64,000 bases of DNA from the NCBI GenBank assembly GCA_950097015.1, contig CATNEN010000025.1, positions 1,984,001-2,048,000 on the forward strand, read 5' to 3'. The position numbers and the translations under genes were made by a program. Positions within the stretch are counted from its first letter, which is position 1. Each line of letters starts with the position of its first letter. Shown one piece after another: positions 60,640 to 64,000 of the stretch. The DNA is from Macrostomum hystrix. Taxonomy: Eukaryota > Animalia > Platyhelminthes. The notes under the pieces were generated by a model, which was not told the DNA's origin, did not search any database, and saw only the letters and a list, made by a program, of their open reading frames with translations.

Positions 60640-61590
60640 ACTGCTTGACCGGCTGATCCTATCCTCGACCGTCACTGGCTTGAACAGCACAGCATTGTAC
60701 AGCCTTGGCAGTCAGGTTTTCAGCGCCGCCGTGGCTGTGAAAAGCAGGTAGCTCGTCTTGTGCAATCCACCCGAGACGTTGGGAAAGATCGCCGCACCTC
60801 AAAACCATCGCCGTGCTGATTGACTGTTCTCGCGCCTTCGACCGCGTCTGGAGGACCCGCCTCATTGCCATGATGATGGACGAGGGCGTCCCACTCTGCA
60901 TGGTCCGCTGGTTTGCCAGCTTCCTTGAAGGCAGGTAGATCGCGTCGGCAACACCATCGGAAAGTGGACAGTGGGCAGTCGAAGGGCTCGCCGGTCCTTT
61001 TCCTTCATGTGAATGCTGGACCGGCAGAATGGCTCCGCGTGTCAGCGGCTACGCTGACGATCTTGCGACCTGGACTACGGGTCGCGACCTCGTTGAGCTT
61101 CAAGACCGGCTGCAAACTGCGATCAAGCCGCATCAAGATCAATCCAGCGAAGACGGAGTGCTGTCTGTTTTCACCGCAATCGCAATCAAGGAAAAATTGC
61201 ACCGTCATGCGGCTGTCCTTCGAGCTAGCGCTTACCATGAAAGAGGCAGATGGATCTACAAATCTACAAAGAGCTGGTAGAATCTGTCGTCTGGCACGCG
61301 GCCGCTGCTTGGACACTCTGCTTGTCCGCAACCCGCCTGTCTGAAATTTACCGGGCCCAACGAGAGTAGCTCAGCATAATCACCGGCTTGCCGAAATCGG
61401 CCAGTTCCACCTGCTCCGGTGTCCAGTGCCGACGTCGTGGCGATGCTGTTTGGGGGAACATTGGCTGGTGTCCCCTCTAAGCGGCTCACTGCAGACAGGA
61501 ACAACAACAACAACCACAACAACCACAACAACAACAACAAAAACTACAACAATAACGATAAAAATACAAACAATAACCACAGCAACAGCC
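60640..61590 (+). pseudogene. Decayed 5'-truncated non-LTR retrotransposon (RT domain, CCHC remnant, (AAC)n tail)
   Basis: Frameshifted QSGFQRRRGC, IDCSRAFDRVW, VRWFASFLEGR, GYADDLA, INPAKTE, HLLRCP, then AAC repeats at 61500-61585. Confidence 0.85.
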
Positions 61591-62107
61591 CAGCCGCGTA
61601 AGGCGTTTTGAATGAGCGCCCTTTTGCCTTCTGAGCGGACCCTTCAAGGTGTGCAGCAAGACATCCAGGTGACGCCGCCGCAAGGTGCAAGATGCAGGTG
61701 GTCCATGGCGTTCTTTATGTCATGCGATTCTATCGAAAATGATAAAAGTTAAAGACCTTATGGTCCATGACCTTAGGCTTGCTGTACACTTTCATGCGTG
61801 CACTTGATTGCTGTACTGCGTGCATATTGTAACAGCGCTTATAGCTCCACGTTGGAAGTGAGTAGGTACTGCGCATTTGCCTATTTCTAAAAATAGATAT
61901 CTGTACATAATCGAAGCGTACTGCAGATGCATGCATGTACTTTAGATTGCTGTAATGCAGTAGGTAATGCTGGAGCTTATGACGCTGTCTGGGACAACGT
62001 GGATTGCAGAAAAACGTGGATTTCTTAAGCGTATAAGTATAGCTGAAATAAAATATTTTACCAACTTTCAATTGTTTATTAGTCTTCAAAACTCGCTTCA
62101 ATTGCAA

Positions 62108-62920
62108 ATGGAAAACAGCGAAGGCACATCACGGCCCAAACCAGCAACTGTGCGTGAGGAACTCAGTCCGCTATTGTTTGGAGGACGCCTGGCTTTTGTT
62201 CTCCACAACGTGCTCAGCGCCGACGAATGCGCGGCCGTAATTCGAGCCGCTAACAGCGTCGGCTTCAAGCAGGCCACTATTCGGACCGGCTTCAAGACAT
62301 TGGAGTATCAGTCGGATTTCCGTGTTGGAGAAAACTGCTACCTGACAGATGCCAGCATTCGCGAGACCCTCTTTCAACGAGTCAGACCGCATTTGCCGCC
62401 TGAATTTCAATTCGGAAAATTGGTTGGACTCAACGAGCGCATGACTGTCTTGCGTTATGGACCTGGCGGATTCTTTGGCGAGCACACCGACGGTACTTAC
62501 ATTGTGCCGGATGACTCGGCAATCAGTTTTATAACTGTACAACTTTATCTCAATGATGGATTCGAAGGCGGAGAGACCACCTTCTTCCCAGACGGCTATC
62601 TTCGCAGCGGCACTAAAACTGAAAATCGACGGAGAGTTCCAGTTAAGCCGCGCACCGGTTCGGCGGTTGTTTTCGAGCACAAGATCCTGCACGAAGGAAG
62701 TCTGCTGCGGAGCGGGGAAAAGTTTACTTTAAGAGCTGACGTCCTCTACTCTAGGTATTATCCGCCAGCAGAAGATTCTGATGTGGCAGTATCTGATGAA
62801 GCAATCAGAATTGAATCACCGGAGTCAAGTCAAGAAAAGGAGAAAGGAAAAGAAAAGGATGGCCTCCCATGGACTGAAGGACGGAACTCGTGGTTAAAAT
62901 CAAAGTGTGCTGTGCAGTAA
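62108..62920 (+). CDS. 2-oxoglutarate/Fe(II) dioxygenase, prolyl 4-hydroxylase-like (270 aa)
   Basis: Intronless ORF with HTD...LHEG facial triad, LNERMTVLRY, TVQLYLNDGFEGGETTF and K/R 2OG-binding residues (GEKFTLR). Confidence 0.9.
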   Translation: MENSEGTSRPKPATVREELSPLLFGGRLAFVLHNVLSADECAAVIRAANSVGFKQATIRTGFKTLEYQSDFRVGENCYLTDASIRETLFQRVRPHLPPEFQFGKLVGLNERMTVLRYGPGGFFGEHTDGTYIVPDDSAISFITVQLYLNDGFEGGETTFFPDGYLRSGTKTENRRRVPVKPRTGSAVVFEHKILHEGSLLRSGEKFTLRADVLYSRYYPPAEDSDVAVSDEAIRIESPESSQEKEKGKEKDGLPWTEGRNSWLKSKCAVQ

Positions 62921-64000
62921 TGCGATCTTAACTACTGCATAACTAACAATTTCCATAAAAATCAAAGAATCATTGTTCCATGAAATTAAAAGCGCGCATA
63001 TCTGCCGCAAAGTATCTAGCTTTTATGTCACTAAAGAGAAATTTAGGATATTCTCTTCCTAAATGTAGTTAAACTGTAGTGTTTAATCTTGAAATTTTCA
63101 TGTTTGCAGTTTTTAATTTACTTAAGTTTATATTGAAGGAAATGTACTAGACAAATAAATATTCCGATAAATATCAAAGCTCCTCCACAATTCCCAACAA
63201 AATATCTCCCTGAATGTTTACTCGAAAATGTTTTTAAGCAGATCAATAAAATTTCATAAGCTATGGAATATAATTAATCTGAAATCGCTTTTCGTTTTCA
63301 GTCAATACTGATTTGATAAACACGAAAATTTCATAAGAAAAAAACAACGATTGGTCGTATATTTTCGCGCGGATTCAATTTCTTAAATTTCGGAGGATAC
63401 GCTCTCGCGTGTACACCGGCCACCGTTAGTTAGATTGGGCTGCGCGATAAGTATAGACGTACTTAAGGGCTCTTAAAAAGTCTTGGCGATACCGCACTAT
63501 TGTACTAGGTTCTAGACCTCTAAAACAGTGCTATTTGTTCTCTTATTTTTTCGTGAGAAATGTACTTTCGTGTTAAAACTAACAACATTTTGTTGACGTA
63601 TGTGGTCACTGGCCTGACTGTATCTCTAAAATTACATTTATTCAATCTCAGATGTCACTGAGAGCCCAGATTATGGACCTTGTTAATTTTGTTAATTTTG
63701 AATTTTTGTGTGCATAAATTATTTGATTCAGATTTTAACTGGGGGCCTAACAAAAGGAAATTGGCATTTAAGATGTCATAAAATTTCAGATGAATTTAAA
63801 TGACTTATCTCCATGGTCCTGTAAGAATAATGCAGCTTCTCAGCATGGCAGCTTGCCAGAATAGCGCTGCTACAATACACACATATGGCACATATGGCTT
63901 TTGATGACATCCCAGCTTCAGGATGACCATAGTTTTATACTTTTTAAATATAGTTAGTTGCAATGTTGATAATATCAATCCTCAATCAATACCCATATAG

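Overview
Eukaryotic (animal) genomic DNA with GT-AG spliced genes, GC-rich exons, AT-rich spacers and a different minisatellite in most large introns. The style suggests a free-living flatworm such as Macrostomum, but this is inference only. Manually spliced genes in order: a 5'-partial type I membrane receptor with a SEFIR/TIR-like tail (+); a ZC3H4/6/8-like triple-CCCH protein (+); an EF-hand nicotinamidase (-); a second, complete paralogue of the receptor (-); a TMCC/TEX28-family protein (+); endonuclease III NTH1 (+); an orphan secreted Cys-rich protein (-); a divergent nuclear receptor (-); and an intronless 2OG-Fe(II) oxygenase (+). Mobile DNA: a truncated Sola2-like transposase, two decayed LINE fragments, a MITE with a 9-bp TSD, a probable solo LTR and two tRNA-derived SINE families. 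The best leads are the uncharacterised receptor pair, six SINE copies that form three intronic inverted pairs and carry an HDV-ribozyme-like motif, and the nuclear receptor with a non-canonical P-box. Most long ORFs in the supplied track are minisatellite artefacts.
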